From contig NC_087472.1 of assembly GCF_036321535.1 (NCBI RefSeq), forward strand, positions 90,956,001 through 91,020,000: a stretch of 64,000 nt of DNA, read 5' to 3'. Position 1 is the stretch's first letter, and the number at the start of each line of letters is the position of its first letter. The notes beneath the pieces were generated by a model. The model searched no databases. It worked only from the letters and a program-made list of their open reading frames with translations, and was not told where the DNA came from. This stretch comes from Camelus dromedarius. Taxonomy: Eukaryota. The position numbers and the translations under genes were made by a program. This document shows, in pieces, positions 39,975 to 52,583 of the stretch.

Positions 39975-41889
39975 CCACCACTTTTTTTTTAAACAGTGGC
40001 CTAAACAAGATGTAAATTGGTTTCTCTTTCATTTAATAGTCTAAGGGTAGAAAGTCCGGGGCTTCCTAAAGATACAACTTCCACCTCTTGATCCAAGATA
40101 TCAGCTCCAGCTCTCCCATCTCTCAGGAGTGAACTTCCCCACCAAGTTCAAGCCAAGTTCCTTCGCAGAGTCCACCTACTCTGTTAATTGTCCTGACCCC
40201 AAAGTTGGAATTAATCTGTCCCATCCCTGTTTCTTCATTCATCTGACATTGATTCCAACATCTTCTGTTGCAAATTTTAGTTGTATGTTGCTTGCTCTCT
40301 GTTGTTTTGTGAGTCTTGGGAGGGCAGACACTGGATCTTGTCCATCTCTGCGTTCTCTGCTTCATCAGCCTTGCTCCCTACACTGAGTAGATATTCACAA
40401 ACATTCGCTAACTTGAACTGTGACAGCAGAAAAATGTCTAAGCTGAGGTTACAAGTTACAAATCTTCTCTTCCAGTTTCTGAGTGTAATCAAATAACGTT
40501 CCCTGGTTTTACCCAACTTTGAAAAAGTTACTTTCAAGGTCAGGAATGAGGAAATATTCTGCCCGTTTTATTTTATGAGCAGACACAAAGATTAGGTTTG
40601 CTTTTTCCTTTTTAGTTCTCCTAACATTGAGCTGATTGATGGAAGGTAGAGGAAAGTAATAAACCTTTATTCACAGAACTACAAAACCCTCTCCAGCTGC
40701 CACCTCCTTTCCTCTCTGGAGATAGATGGGGCCATTGCTATCATGAAATATACAGCGGAGGGGTGTTCTCCCCTCTGGTACTCATCTACATCTTGACTAC
40801 TTCTTGATAAAGATATCACACTCCAGATAGAACCTGTCTTCAAGACAAGCAGGCCACATATAATTTTAACTGTTTGGTTTCTTAAAGAGAATAGCAGCTT
40901 ATAATGAAAAAATGGACTATTCCTTTCAGAGTGATGATTTTCCAGCCTTAGAGAGGAAGCATACTAGGTCAGATCAAGTAGAAATTTTAGAAATAAATTT
41001 ATCATAATGTTCCATGCCACAGCACTTGCCTGTTCTTTATCTCGGCCAATAACAACTGGCTGGGGCCCAGCTGATCAAGAGGGAAGCCACGGGAAGGCTT
41101 GTACTCCAGTAAGCCAGGCGGTTTTCTGTCTGGCCTGAGGCTGCAGTAACGGCCTCACAGTCCAACTACGTCACTCCTGCTGGTTGCGGACGGCCCATTG
41201 CAGTTAGCCTTCCCCGCAGACCAAGCCTTCCAAGGATTGTGGGTCAGGTTGCTGGGTCACAAAGCCAGCCCAGATGCAGGAGGCGGTGAAATAAAGGCCA
41301 CCTCTGCATGGAAGGATCTGCAAGGCCACATCGAACAGGGGCAAGCAGAAAGGGATGGGGAAAATCAATGGCTAGTTTTGCAATATTCCACACCCCGGCC
41401 CTAGCCTCCACCACCTTCTCCCGTCTAAATTATATCTCCTTGGTCACTCTGCCAGACGGTGACGGCAGAAAAACAAGCGCCTGAAAAAAGAACGTGGTAC
41501 CAACTGCCTTTCAGGGAGCCCTTTCACATCGGTGCCTTGCTGGGTTTGCTGCACGGCCGCTGCCTTGTGAAGGCAGTCAAAGCAAACACCTGTAGAGAAG
41601 AGACAGAGCACGTGCTGGGAGTGCAAGCGCTCCACCCACGTCTACATGGCTGGAGGGAGCAGGGGGGAGGCGGGATGGCCCATTCCCTGAGGCGTGGACC
41701 ACTGAGGGGGTGAGAAAGGGGGCTGGAGGGGCCAGGCCTAGGACGGGTTCTTCCTGGGCCTCAGCTCCTCGCTCCCCTCGCCCTCCATCAGCTCAGGGGT
41801 GTCAAGGTCACCCTGAAGCCACATCTCACGGAAAAGTGGACAGCGTGGTTTAAAAAGTAGGTGATTGCACACAAGAACTTCACTTTAAA

Positions 41890-43100
41890 GAGTTTCAACA
41901 TTTTACATTTAGCATTTTATTTGGAGGTAGTTTCAAGCATACAAAAGAATTACAAGCACATGAATAGCACACAGAACAGCTGGCCCTTTATCCAGAGGCA
42001 CTTATTGTTAACATCTTGCCTCGTTTGCTTTATCATTTGTACTCTCATCCTCTGTCTCTGGCTTTCTCTCTCTCTGTGTAAGAATATATACTGAACCAAT
42101 ACGATGAACATGCCTTTGCCAATAAACTAGGTAACCAGGATCAAGAGGAAAAATTCCTAGAAAGACGCAAAGTCCCAAAACTGGCTCAGGAAGGAACAGA
42201 AAATCTGAAGATGTATAACAAGTAAAAAGACTGAGCTGGTAAATAAACAACTTCAAGCAAAGAAAAATCTAGGCCCAGATGTTTTCACTGGTGAATTCTA
42301 TCAAATGTTGAAAAAAAATACCAATCCTTCACAAACTATTCCACACAATGAAAAAGGCCAGTATTCCCCTTGTACCAATACCAAAGACATTACGAAGAAA
42401 GAAACACAGGTCAGTATCCCTTATAAATACAGCTGCAAAAATCCTTAACAAAATACTAGGGGGCCAAATGCAGCAACACATAAAAATGATTATATACCAT
42501 GACCAGCTGGGATTTTTCCCGGGAAGGTTTGTTTAACATTAAGAAATCAACATAACACACCACTGTATCAGTGAAGTAAAACACAAAAACCACATGATCA
42601 TCTCCACAGAGGCAGAAAAAACAAAATCCAACACCCATTCCTGACAAAAACTCTCAGCAAACCAGGAGTGGAAAGCAGCCTAGTCAATCTGATAGAACCC
42701 ACAGTTCACACCCACCCCATGGATGAGACCGGCAACAAAGGGGCGCAAGTCGAGTCGGATGACTCCACTGAGAGGAGACACCCAGAACTAGTAAATCCAG
42801 ACAGAAAGGAGACTGGTGGTGGCCGGGGGTGGAAGGGCTGGGAACAGGGAGGATGGGGAGTGACTGCTAGCAGGGAGAGGGTTTCTTGGGGACGGTTGTA
42901 CAACTCTTATTCAGAGTTACAAAAATCCACTGAACTGAGTAGTTTAAAATGGCAAAATTTATGGTATATAAATTACATACCAATAAAGCTGTTCTTAAAA
43001 AGAATGCAAAACAAAGAATACATAATGAACCATTTGAGACTGAATTGTATGCGTTGTGGCCCTGTACCCTAAATACTTCCGTATATATTTTCTAAGTGTA
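41890..43100 (-). mobile_element. L1MC-like 3' end interrupted by a + strand L1
   Basis: ttgttaacatcttgcctcgtttgctttatca before the insert; tgaaccatttgag...ccctaaatacttc after it. Confidence 0.55.
42099..43013 (+). mobile_element. Internally deleted L1 (ORF2 middle joined to an L1MB-like 3' end)
   Basis: ORF2 motifs SLINTAAKILNKIL...QQHIKMIIYHDQLGF, then a 3' UTR ending aataaagctgtt. TSD aagaatatatactgaacca (42080-42098) / aagaatacataatgaacca (43014-43032). Confidence 0.85.
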
Positions 43101-43745
43101 TATTCTCAAAGAGAACATCCTTTCAAATTCAGAGGACAAACACTGAAGAGGGGCCCCTCTGTCTAGCTGTAGGAACCCCAGAGCAGTATACTACAGTGCT
43201 GAGCCGGGGAAAGCCCTATCTCCCATGCTGTCCCTTCTTCTCTGAGGCCACGGTAGCCTCCTTCTATTCCCTTCTAGAAGTTCAACACAGCAGCAAGAAA
43301 GGAGAAAGCAACAGAAAGAGACAGGGAGACACAGACCGTTTAGCCTCAAGAGAAGTGATAAAGGAGCGAAACATTCATGATTGCTTTTGGGAAATCAAAC
43401 AACTCTATGCGCGGGAGTGGAGGAAGAACGTTCAAAGGTGTTTTTTTATTTCAAACAGCAGTGGGGACGAAGGATAGCATTATGCTGAAAAGGAACGCAT
43501 GGGGCTTTTAGAAAACGCAGAGAGACACCCCAAAGACACATTCTCTACTTGATTAATTTGCTTAAGACTGACTTTCATGGAAGTCTTGGGAAGCCTTAAA
43601 AACCAGAGGCATCTCAGTGGTACACACTGAAACTATATGTCTTTCCTCCTAAAAACATTCTAGCATCATTTTCCTCATTTTGAATGAACCGGCCTCATCA
43701 TGTCAGAAGCAGCACGTGCCAGCTCGCATGTTCCCGGCTGTGGCC

Positions 43746-43764
43746 TGCTGGCCTCTAGTGGCCA
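43746..43764 (-). promoter_or_regulatory. Candidate CTCF site within a motif cluster
   Basis: Minus strand reads TGGCCACTAGAGGCCAGCA, one mismatch to the core CCASYAGRKGGCRS. E-box CACGTG at 43713 and GC box GGGGCGGGGC at 43811 are nearby. Confidence 0.5.
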
Positions 43765-46700
43765 GGAAGGAACCTCCCAGCTCCAGGCTTCAGTGTGACT
43801 TCAGTGAGGAGGGGCGGGGCACTGAGGACATGGTTGATGCTGAGTGTCTTAGTTTCTAACCATGTGAAGGGCTCCTTGGGAATACCAGAGATTATCTACT
43901 TCTTTCCCACTATTTACCCAGATAAGAAACTTTCTTTGGGCCATAACAAATTACAGAGGTAATGTTTAGACCCAAACTCAAATTCCTTGTTTCTACGATG
44001 TGGATAATGTTCTAAAGATAACGCTTTCCAGTTTCTCTGATGAAAGATGCAAAAATAGACGGCAGGAAAAATGTCTGGAGCAGACTCTCAGGAGCATGTG
44101 AGGAGGAAAATTAAATGTAAATAATGCAAGACAAACAAGCTTGTAAACTCTAAAGAAGTATATATACATATACATATACTTATACATAGACACACATTAT
44201 TTTTGGAAAAAATCAGTGATCATATGGCCTCCACAGTAGTTTCTTAGACAACATTTGCAACTTCTCCAAGCTTCAGCTTGCCCGTCTGGGAATACTGGTA
44301 CCTCCCGCACACGTGAACAGCCGAAATTACATGAGTCAGTAGGTGAACAGCTTACTTTACCTTTCACTGTGCGGGATTGGTATTTATTAAAGGTTTAATA
44401 AATTTAACTATTATTGTTTTATAATTATTATTCTCTAGGAGATACTGTGCCATCTTCAGTTTTATGACAGACCAGGAGAATCCTTCCCTAAATTATGTCA
44501 CAGTTTATAAAGGTCTTTCAAGGACATGTTGATGCCACTTAATTAAGGCAGCACCTAAAACTCTTCATCAGGTTCTCCTCAGATAGATGGAACGCTCGCT
44601 CCTCTAAGCAGAAAGATGTATTTGAATGGCCACTTGATATGAAAATACTATAGAAGGGATCTAAGTGGACTTCGAGGAGGTTGACAAAATGAACTTCAAA
44701 GCCCTGCAAGCCTGAAATTCTGGATCATATGGCTCTCTGAGCTGCTTTATTGCCTGCAAATTCATGAGCAGAGGTGGACAGGAGAAGAGACCAGAGACAC
44801 ATTCCTGCACAAGCCCATGGTTGACTCCGCACCACATTCTGGAGGGAAACTCCATTCTTTCCTCCTCAGAGACAGGCACTGTGGCCCCACCCAGTCACAC
44901 AGGGATGCTCTTAGAATGGCACAGAGGCTGCCCGTGACAGCAGCCTCCCTCCTAGTACCATGTGCGAAGAATGCTTGCCAAGTGGAGGAAAGACTTGCAT
45001 CAAACTGAAGTCAATCAAGATAGTAAGGCTTTGCAGGATGACTGGGAAGACTAAAAGGGACCTAAGTAAATAAGTAATAGTAAAAACTGGCAAAAATGAT
45101 TTAGATGTCAATCTGATCTTTCCATGACATAAATATTGTAACTTCTTAGTATTGTGACAGAAAATAACGCAAATAACATCACATAATTTGTTTGCCAATT
45201 CTCTCTAACAGCAATAGAGTTAACAGAACCCTGTGATTAATTTGCAGAGGAAGAAACCATATATGCTTGTATTAGGACACAGAACCTACACCCACTTAAT
45301 TCTTTTTTGTGTAAGGGGAGAATAATAAGTTGGTGAATTAACTGTGATAAATAACAATAATGGGCCATAATTGCTAAGAAGCATCCATTACTATAAATCA
45401 GTAATAGTTTGATATATGGCAAGATATAATTTATAGGTTGGAATTACATGGCCAAAATATACTAATATCAAAATAGCTCATATTTGTTGAGCACTTACTG
45501 AATAACAGATGCTATGCAAAGTGCTTTTCATGCATCATCTCATTTAATCCTTGAGACAGACAGTATTTATCCAACTTTACAGATGACACTGGAGTCCTTA
45601 AATACTTTATTGAATCCTCTTCAGATAATTTGCCACAATTTATAATTACACATTTATTTGTTTCAGTATTTGATTGATACCAAACATGAAATTGCAATGT
45701 ATGCTTGCCCATGGTCACTCAGGTTTGGGAAACCCTGTTATGGAAACTGTTAACTTTTAGATCTACTGCACAAACCATACTGGGTCTACTGAAAATGTGG
45801 AGCTGAGATAGCCATTTTTAAACAATAAAAAGTCACAAGTGATGTCAGCAACATGGCTGAATAAGATGTCCTTCACTCAAATTCCCTTTCAACAAAAACA
45901 ACTTGGCATCTATATGTGACAAAAGTGCCTTTGTGGGAGCTGTGTTATCCAGCATCAGATGCCAAGGGACTTGGGAGGTGTCTTATATATCCATGCACCA
46001 GGTAATAAGCAACAGACATTGGTCTTAGATGTGGACCCTGCAGTGACCCGTAAGCAAGCTTCTGCCCCTCTTGGCCATGGTTTGGAAACCCCTAGAGAAC
46101 ACAGTCTTAGACAATCACCAACGGACAAGAGAGCCTTTTTGGAGGGCCAGGTTTCCAGCAGAGAAGTTCCAGCACACCAGTGGAGCAAAAAATACAAATC
46201 TGAATGTATTGGAGAGGGTAAGAGGAACAATTTAACCTTAAGTGCATCACCCCTTCCCAAGGTGTCACAGCTCAGTGCCAACAGAAACCTTCTGGATCCA
46301 TGATTTCTCTCGCAGCGAGTCTTAGTGAGCTCCCAGATTCCCCAACTGTGTGGGATAACACAAAAGAGGCCTATTTCTCTCTCATGTGTGCACCCCATCC
46401 AGATTACTGAGCCCCCTGCATGACTGGGGGGTGGGAAGAGACTGAGAAAGTGGCAGATAGGACACTCAGAGGGCATTAAAGGGATACAGATCCTATTAAC
46501 TGCGTCAAGGACTCCATCAAGAAGTCCACCCATGAACAGCTGGGAACAACACCTCATGAGCAGATACTCCCAAAGGACCCATGGGTACACCTAGTGCTCT
46601 GTGCCTCACCCACACACACCTCCCTCTGCATGCTCCCAATCAGCAAGACCAAGCTTTGGCAGGTGGCTACTGAGCATCATGCAGAAAGCCTGCCCAAATC

Positions 46701-49583
46701 TGCAGGCCAGAGAGAAACCACAAACTTGAGCTTTAGCTCCACTCTTGGGAAAGCAAAAGGGAGGCTGTCAGCACTCGGCTTGGTGTGCTGCAGAACGGAT
46801 AGAGGGCATACAAGCTTAAGAATTTTGCTACAAGACAGAGCAAGAATCATGGAGCAGGTGTAACCACAGAAGATCTGGGAAAGCCTCAGAATCCCTAGCA
46901 GGACTGACAGAAGGTATAGCTCTCCTGAAGATAGTTAGTAAAGACTGGAGGAGATGGCTGCTACTTCAAAAGGGAAGAGAGCAATGCCAGAATTCAAGGA
47001 ACATGAAAATTGAAGGAAACATGACACCACCAAAGGATCACAATAATCTTTCAGTAACCAACCCCAAAGACATGAAGATCTGCAATTTACCTGATTTTTT
47101 AAAAATCAAAACAATTAATAAGATAGCATTAGTAAGTCCTTACTTATCAATAATTATCCTAAAGGTAAATGAATTAAATTATTCAATCAAAAGGCAAAGA
47201 ATGGCTGGAAAGATCAAAAAATAAAGCCAGACACAACTATATATTGCCTATGAGAAACTCACTTAAGCTTCAAGGACACACATGGGCCCGAAGTGAAGGG
47301 ATAAAAAGATATCCAATACAAGTGGAAACCAAACGAGAGCAGAAGTAGCTATACTTATAACAGACAAAATAGACTTTAAGCCAAAAATGGTAACAAGAGA
47401 CAAAGGAAGTCATTATATAATGATGAAGAGGTCAATTCATCAAGAGGACATAACAATCACAAATATATGTGAACCCAACATTGCAGCACCTACATACATT
47501 AAGCAAAAAATAACAGATCTGAAGGGAGAAATAAACAACAATAAAATAATAGTAGGGGACTCCAATACCCTACTCTTAACAACAAATAGATCATCTAGAC
47601 AGAAAATTAGTAAGGTAACACTGGATTGGAATTATACTTTAAACCAAATTGACCTAACAGACACATACAGAGTAGTCCATCCAGCAGCATCAGAATACAC
47701 ATTCTTCTCAGTGCACACTGAACATCTTCTGGAGATAAATCATATGCTAGGCCTCAAAACAAGTCTCTGAAAATTTAAGAAGACTGAAATCATACCAAGT
47801 ATCTTTTCTGATCACAATAGTATGAAACTAAAATCAATAAGAAGAAGAAAACTGGAAAATTCACAAATATGTGGAATTTAACACACTTGTAAACAAATGA
47901 TGGGTGAAAGAAAAAATCAAAAGGGAAATCAGAAAATACCTTGAAACAAATGAAAACGGAAACACAACAAACCAAAACATATGGGATGGAGCAAAAGCAG
48001 TTCTATGAGGAAAACTTAAAGTAATAAAGCCTCCTTTAAGAAAAAAGAAAGTTCTCAAATAAACAACCTCATCTTACACTTCAAGGAACTAGGGAAAAAA
48101 GAACGAACTAAGCCCAAAGTTAGTAGAAGAAAGGAAGTAACAAAAATCAGAGCAAAAATTAACAAACTAGAGACCAGAAAGACAAATGAAATTACGAACT
48201 AGATTAAGAAAAAAAAGAAGATTCAAATAAAGAACATCAGAAATGGAAGAACAGACATTACAACTGATACAGAAATACAAAACATCATAAGAGACTATTA
48301 TGAACAATTATATGTCAATGAAATGGATAATTGATAAGAAATGGATAAATTCCTAAAAACATACATCCTACCAAGACTAAATCATGAAGAAACAGAAAAT
48401 CTTATCAGACCAATAAAAGTAAGGAGATTGAATCAGTAATCAAAAATCTCCCAACAAAGATAAGCCCAGGCTCAGATGGTTTCCCTGGTGAATTCTACCA
48501 AATACTTAAAGAATTAATGCCAACCCTTCTCAAACACTTAAGAAAAATTGAAGAGGAGATTACACACCCCAAACTCATCGTACAAGGCCAGCATTACCAA
48601 GATAAAGCCAAATAAGGACATTACAAGAAAAGAAAGGTATAGACCAATATTTGATGAATATAGATGTAAAAATTCTCAACCAAAATATCAGCAAACCAAA
48701 TTCAACAGTACATTAAAAGGATCATACAAAATGATCAAGTGGGATTTATCCCTGGGCTGCAAGGGTGGTCTGACATATGCAAATCAATAAATATGATATA
48801 CCGCATTAACAGAATGAAAGATAAAAATCATATGATCATCTCAATAGATGCAGAAAAAGTATTTGACAAAATACAGCATTCTTTTATGATTAAAAAAATA
48901 CTCAACTAGTTGGATATAGAAGGAACATACCTCAACATAATAAAGGCCATGTATGACAAACCCACAGCTAACATCATAGCTCAACAGTGAAAGGCTGAAA
49001 GCTTTTCCTCTAAAATCAGGAACAAGACAAGGGTGCCCATTATCACCTCTCCTATTCAACATAATACTAGAAGTCCTTGCCAGAGGAATTAGGCAAGAAG
49101 AAATAAAAGGCATCCAAATCAGAAAGGAAGAAGTAAAACTGTCTCTCTTTGCAGATAATATGACTGTATATATAAAAAACCCTAAAGACACTACCAAAAA
49201 ACTGTCAGAACTAATGAACTAATTTAGGAAAGTACCAGGATACAAAATCAACATACAGAAATCAGTTGCATATCAATACAAGAACAAAGAAATACCTGTA
49301 AAAGAAATAAAGAACACAATCCCATTCATAATAGCATCAAAAATAATAAAATACTTAGGAATAAATTTAACCAAGGAAGTAAAAGATTTGTACATTAAAA
49401 ACTACAAGACTTTGATGAAAGAAACTGAAGAAGACACAAATAAAAGAAAAGATATTCCATGTTCATGAATTGGAAGAATTAATATCATTAAAATGTCCTA
49501 TTACTCAAAACCATCTATAGATTCAATGCAACCGCTATCAAAATTCCAATGGCAAGTTTCACAGAAACAGAAAAAACAATCTT

Positions 49584-49676
49584 TTTTTAAATTTATTTTT
49601 AACTGAAGTATAGTTGATATATAGCATTATGTAAATTACAGGTGTAAAATACAGTGACTCACAACTTTTAAAGGTG
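49584..49676 (-). mobile_element. Very short L1 3' end inserted in the host L1 ORF2
   Basis: TSD gaaaaaacaatctt (49570-49583) / gaaaaaataacctt (49677-49690). Confidence 0.75.
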
Positions 49677-49789
49677 GAAAAAATAACCTTAAAATTTGTA
49701 TGGAACCCGAAAAGATCCTGAATACTAAAAGCAATCCCAAGAAAGAACTAAATTGGAGGCATCACATTTCCTGATTTGAAACTATATTA

Positions 49790-51115
49790 AAGCAAAAATA
49801 AACAAGAGACCTAATTAAACTTAAAAGCTTTTGCACAGCAAAGGAAACCATAAACAAAATGGAAAGACAACCTACAGAATGGGAGAAAATATTTGCAAAC
49901 CATGTAACTGACAAAGGATTAATTTTCAAAACATACAAACAGCTCAGTATCAAAAAAAAAAAAAACCATCAAAAAAGGGGAAGAAAACCTAAATAAACAT
50001 TTATCCAAAGAAGAAATACAGAGGGTCAAAAGGCACATGAAAAGATACTTAACATCACTAATTATTAGAGAAATGCAAATCAAAACTACAGTGAGGTATC
50101 ACCTCACACCAGAATGGCCATCATTAAAAATTAGTCTACAAATAATAAATGCTGGATAGGGTGTGGAGAAAAAGGAACCCTCCTATACTGTTGGTGGGGA
50201 TGTAAATTGCTGCAGTCACTATGAAGAACAGTATGGAAGTTCCTTTAAAAACTAAAAATAGAGTTACCATATGATCCAGTAACTCCACTCCTGGGCATAT
50301 ATATCCAGAAAAGATGAACACTCTAATTCAAAAAGATATATGCACCCCAAAGTTCACAGCAGCTCCATTTCCAATAGCGAAGACATGGAACCAACCTGTG
50401 TTCATCGACAGACAAAATGATAAAGAAGATGTGGTATATACATACATACATATCATACTAAGTGAAGTAAATCAGACAGAGAAAGACAAATATCATATGA
50501 TATCACTTATATGTGAAATCTTAAAAAAAATGATACAAATAAACTTACTAACAAGACAAAAATAGACTCACAGACATAGAAAACAAATTTATGGTTACTT
50601 GAAATTTGGGATTAACAAATGCACTACTTTAAAAACCTAAAGCTCTAAATGTTCTTAGAAACAATGAATAGTATATGTATATAAATTTTTAAAAACATGT
50701 GCAGTATATTGTGTATATGTATTTACATGCAGTATATTGTATATGTGCAGCCAAAGTGTAACAATTCTACCTAATAAAACTGAAAAATTAGAAAATAAAG
50801 AATCAGATTCTAAAGAATTAACATATTTCACTTAGTACGATAATGTCTAGGTCCATCCATGTTGCTGCAAATGGCAGAAACTAACACAGTGTAAATCAAC
50901 TATATTTCAATTTAAAAAATTAACATAATAGTCAAAAACAAATACACTACTATATATAAAATAGATAAACACGAAGGACCTACTGTATAGCACAGGAAAC
51001 TAACCCATTATGGAAAAGAATCTGAAAACAAATATATATACATATATATATGTATAACTGAATCACTTTACTGCACACCTGAAACATTGTAAATCAACTA
51101 TACTTTAATTTTTAA
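49790..51115 (+). mobile_element. Younger 5'-truncated L1 nested in the host L1
   Basis: Perfect TSD aaactatatta (49779-49789 / 51116-51126). It has its own ORF2 C-terminus and 3' UTR, and host ORF2 resumes afterwards. Confidence 0.85.
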
Positions 51116-51666
51116 AAACTATATTACAAAGCTATAATAATTTTTTTAAAGTATGGTTGTGGCAGAAAAATAGACCAATGAAACAGAACTGAGAGCCCAG
51201 AAATCAACCTAATCAGGTATGCTCAATTAATATTTGACAAGAGATCCAAGAACACTCAATGAGGAAAGGATAGTCTCGTCAATAAATGGTGCTGGGAAAA
51301 TGGAATAATCACACTAGAAGAATGAAACTGGACCCCATTTTACAACACTCACAAAAGTTAACTGGAAATGGATTAAAGACTTAAACATAAGACCTGAAAC
51401 CACAAAATTCCCAGAATTAAAAATAGGGAAAAATCTCCTTGACATTGGTCTTGGCAACAATTTTTTTTTTGATATGACACCAAAAGCACAAGCAACAAAA
51501 GCAAAAATAAATAAGTAGGACAACAATCAACAAAATGAAAAGAAAACCTGCTAAATAGGAGAAAATGTTTGCAAACCATATATCTTATTAGGAGTTAATA
51601 TCCAAACTATATAAGGACCTCATAGAACTCAATAGAAAAAAATCTAATTTAAAAATGGGCAGAGGA

Positions 51667-52076
51667 CAGAAAGAAAGAAAAATACCATATGATGTCACTT
51701 AAATGTGGAATCTTAAAAAAAAAGACACAAATGAACTTATTTGCAAAACAGAAACAGGCTCAATACACATAGAAAACAAACTTACGGCGACCGGGGGGAA
51801 AGGGGGTGGGAAGGGATAAATTGGGAGTTCGATATTTGCAGATATGAACTACCATATATAAAACAGATAAACAAGAAGTTTATACTGTATAGAACAGGGA
51901 ACTATAATATCTTGTAGTAACCTATAATGAAAAAGATTATGAAAAGGAATATATGTATGTATATACATGACTGAAACATGCTGCACACCAGAAATTGATT
52001 CAACATTGTAAACTGATTATATTTCAACTAAAAAATTCAAAAATATTTTTAAAAATTTTTAAATAAAATTTTTTTA
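51667..52076 (+). mobile_element. Lineage-specific L1 3' UTR insertion nested in the host L1
   Basis: TSD aaaaatgggcagagga (51651-51666) / aaaaatggtcagagga (52077-52092). Same subfamily motifs as 26440-27139. Confidence 0.85.
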
Positions 52077-52499
52077 AAAAATGGTCAGAGGAACTGAATA
52101 GACATTATTACAAAGAAGACATACAATGGCCAACAGGTAAATGGAAAAGATGCTCAACATCACTTATTATCAGAGAAATGCAATTCAAAATCACAGTGAG
52201 GTATCACCTCACATCTGTAGGAATGGTGATAATAAAAAGACAAGAAATAACAACTGTTGACAAGGAAGAAGAGAAAAATGAACACTTGTACACTGCATGG
52301 GGGAATGTAAATTGATGCAGCCACTATGGAAAACAGTATGCAGGGTCTTCAAAAAATTACAACTAGAACTACCATTGATCCAGCAATTCCACTTATGAGT
52401 ATATATCCAAAGGAAATGAAATCAGGGTCTCAAAGGGATATCTGCATTCCCATGTTCAATGCAGCATTCTTCTACAGACGAATGGATAAAGAAAATTCA

Positions 52500-52501
<2 letters not shown>

Positions 52502-52542
<41 letters not shown>

Positions 52543-52583
52543 TATACATATATATATACATATACATATCAGACATACACACA
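52502..52583. repeat. (TA)n/(CA)n microsatellite
   Basis: Long atatatat run followed by degenerate TA/CA units. Confidence 0.9.
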
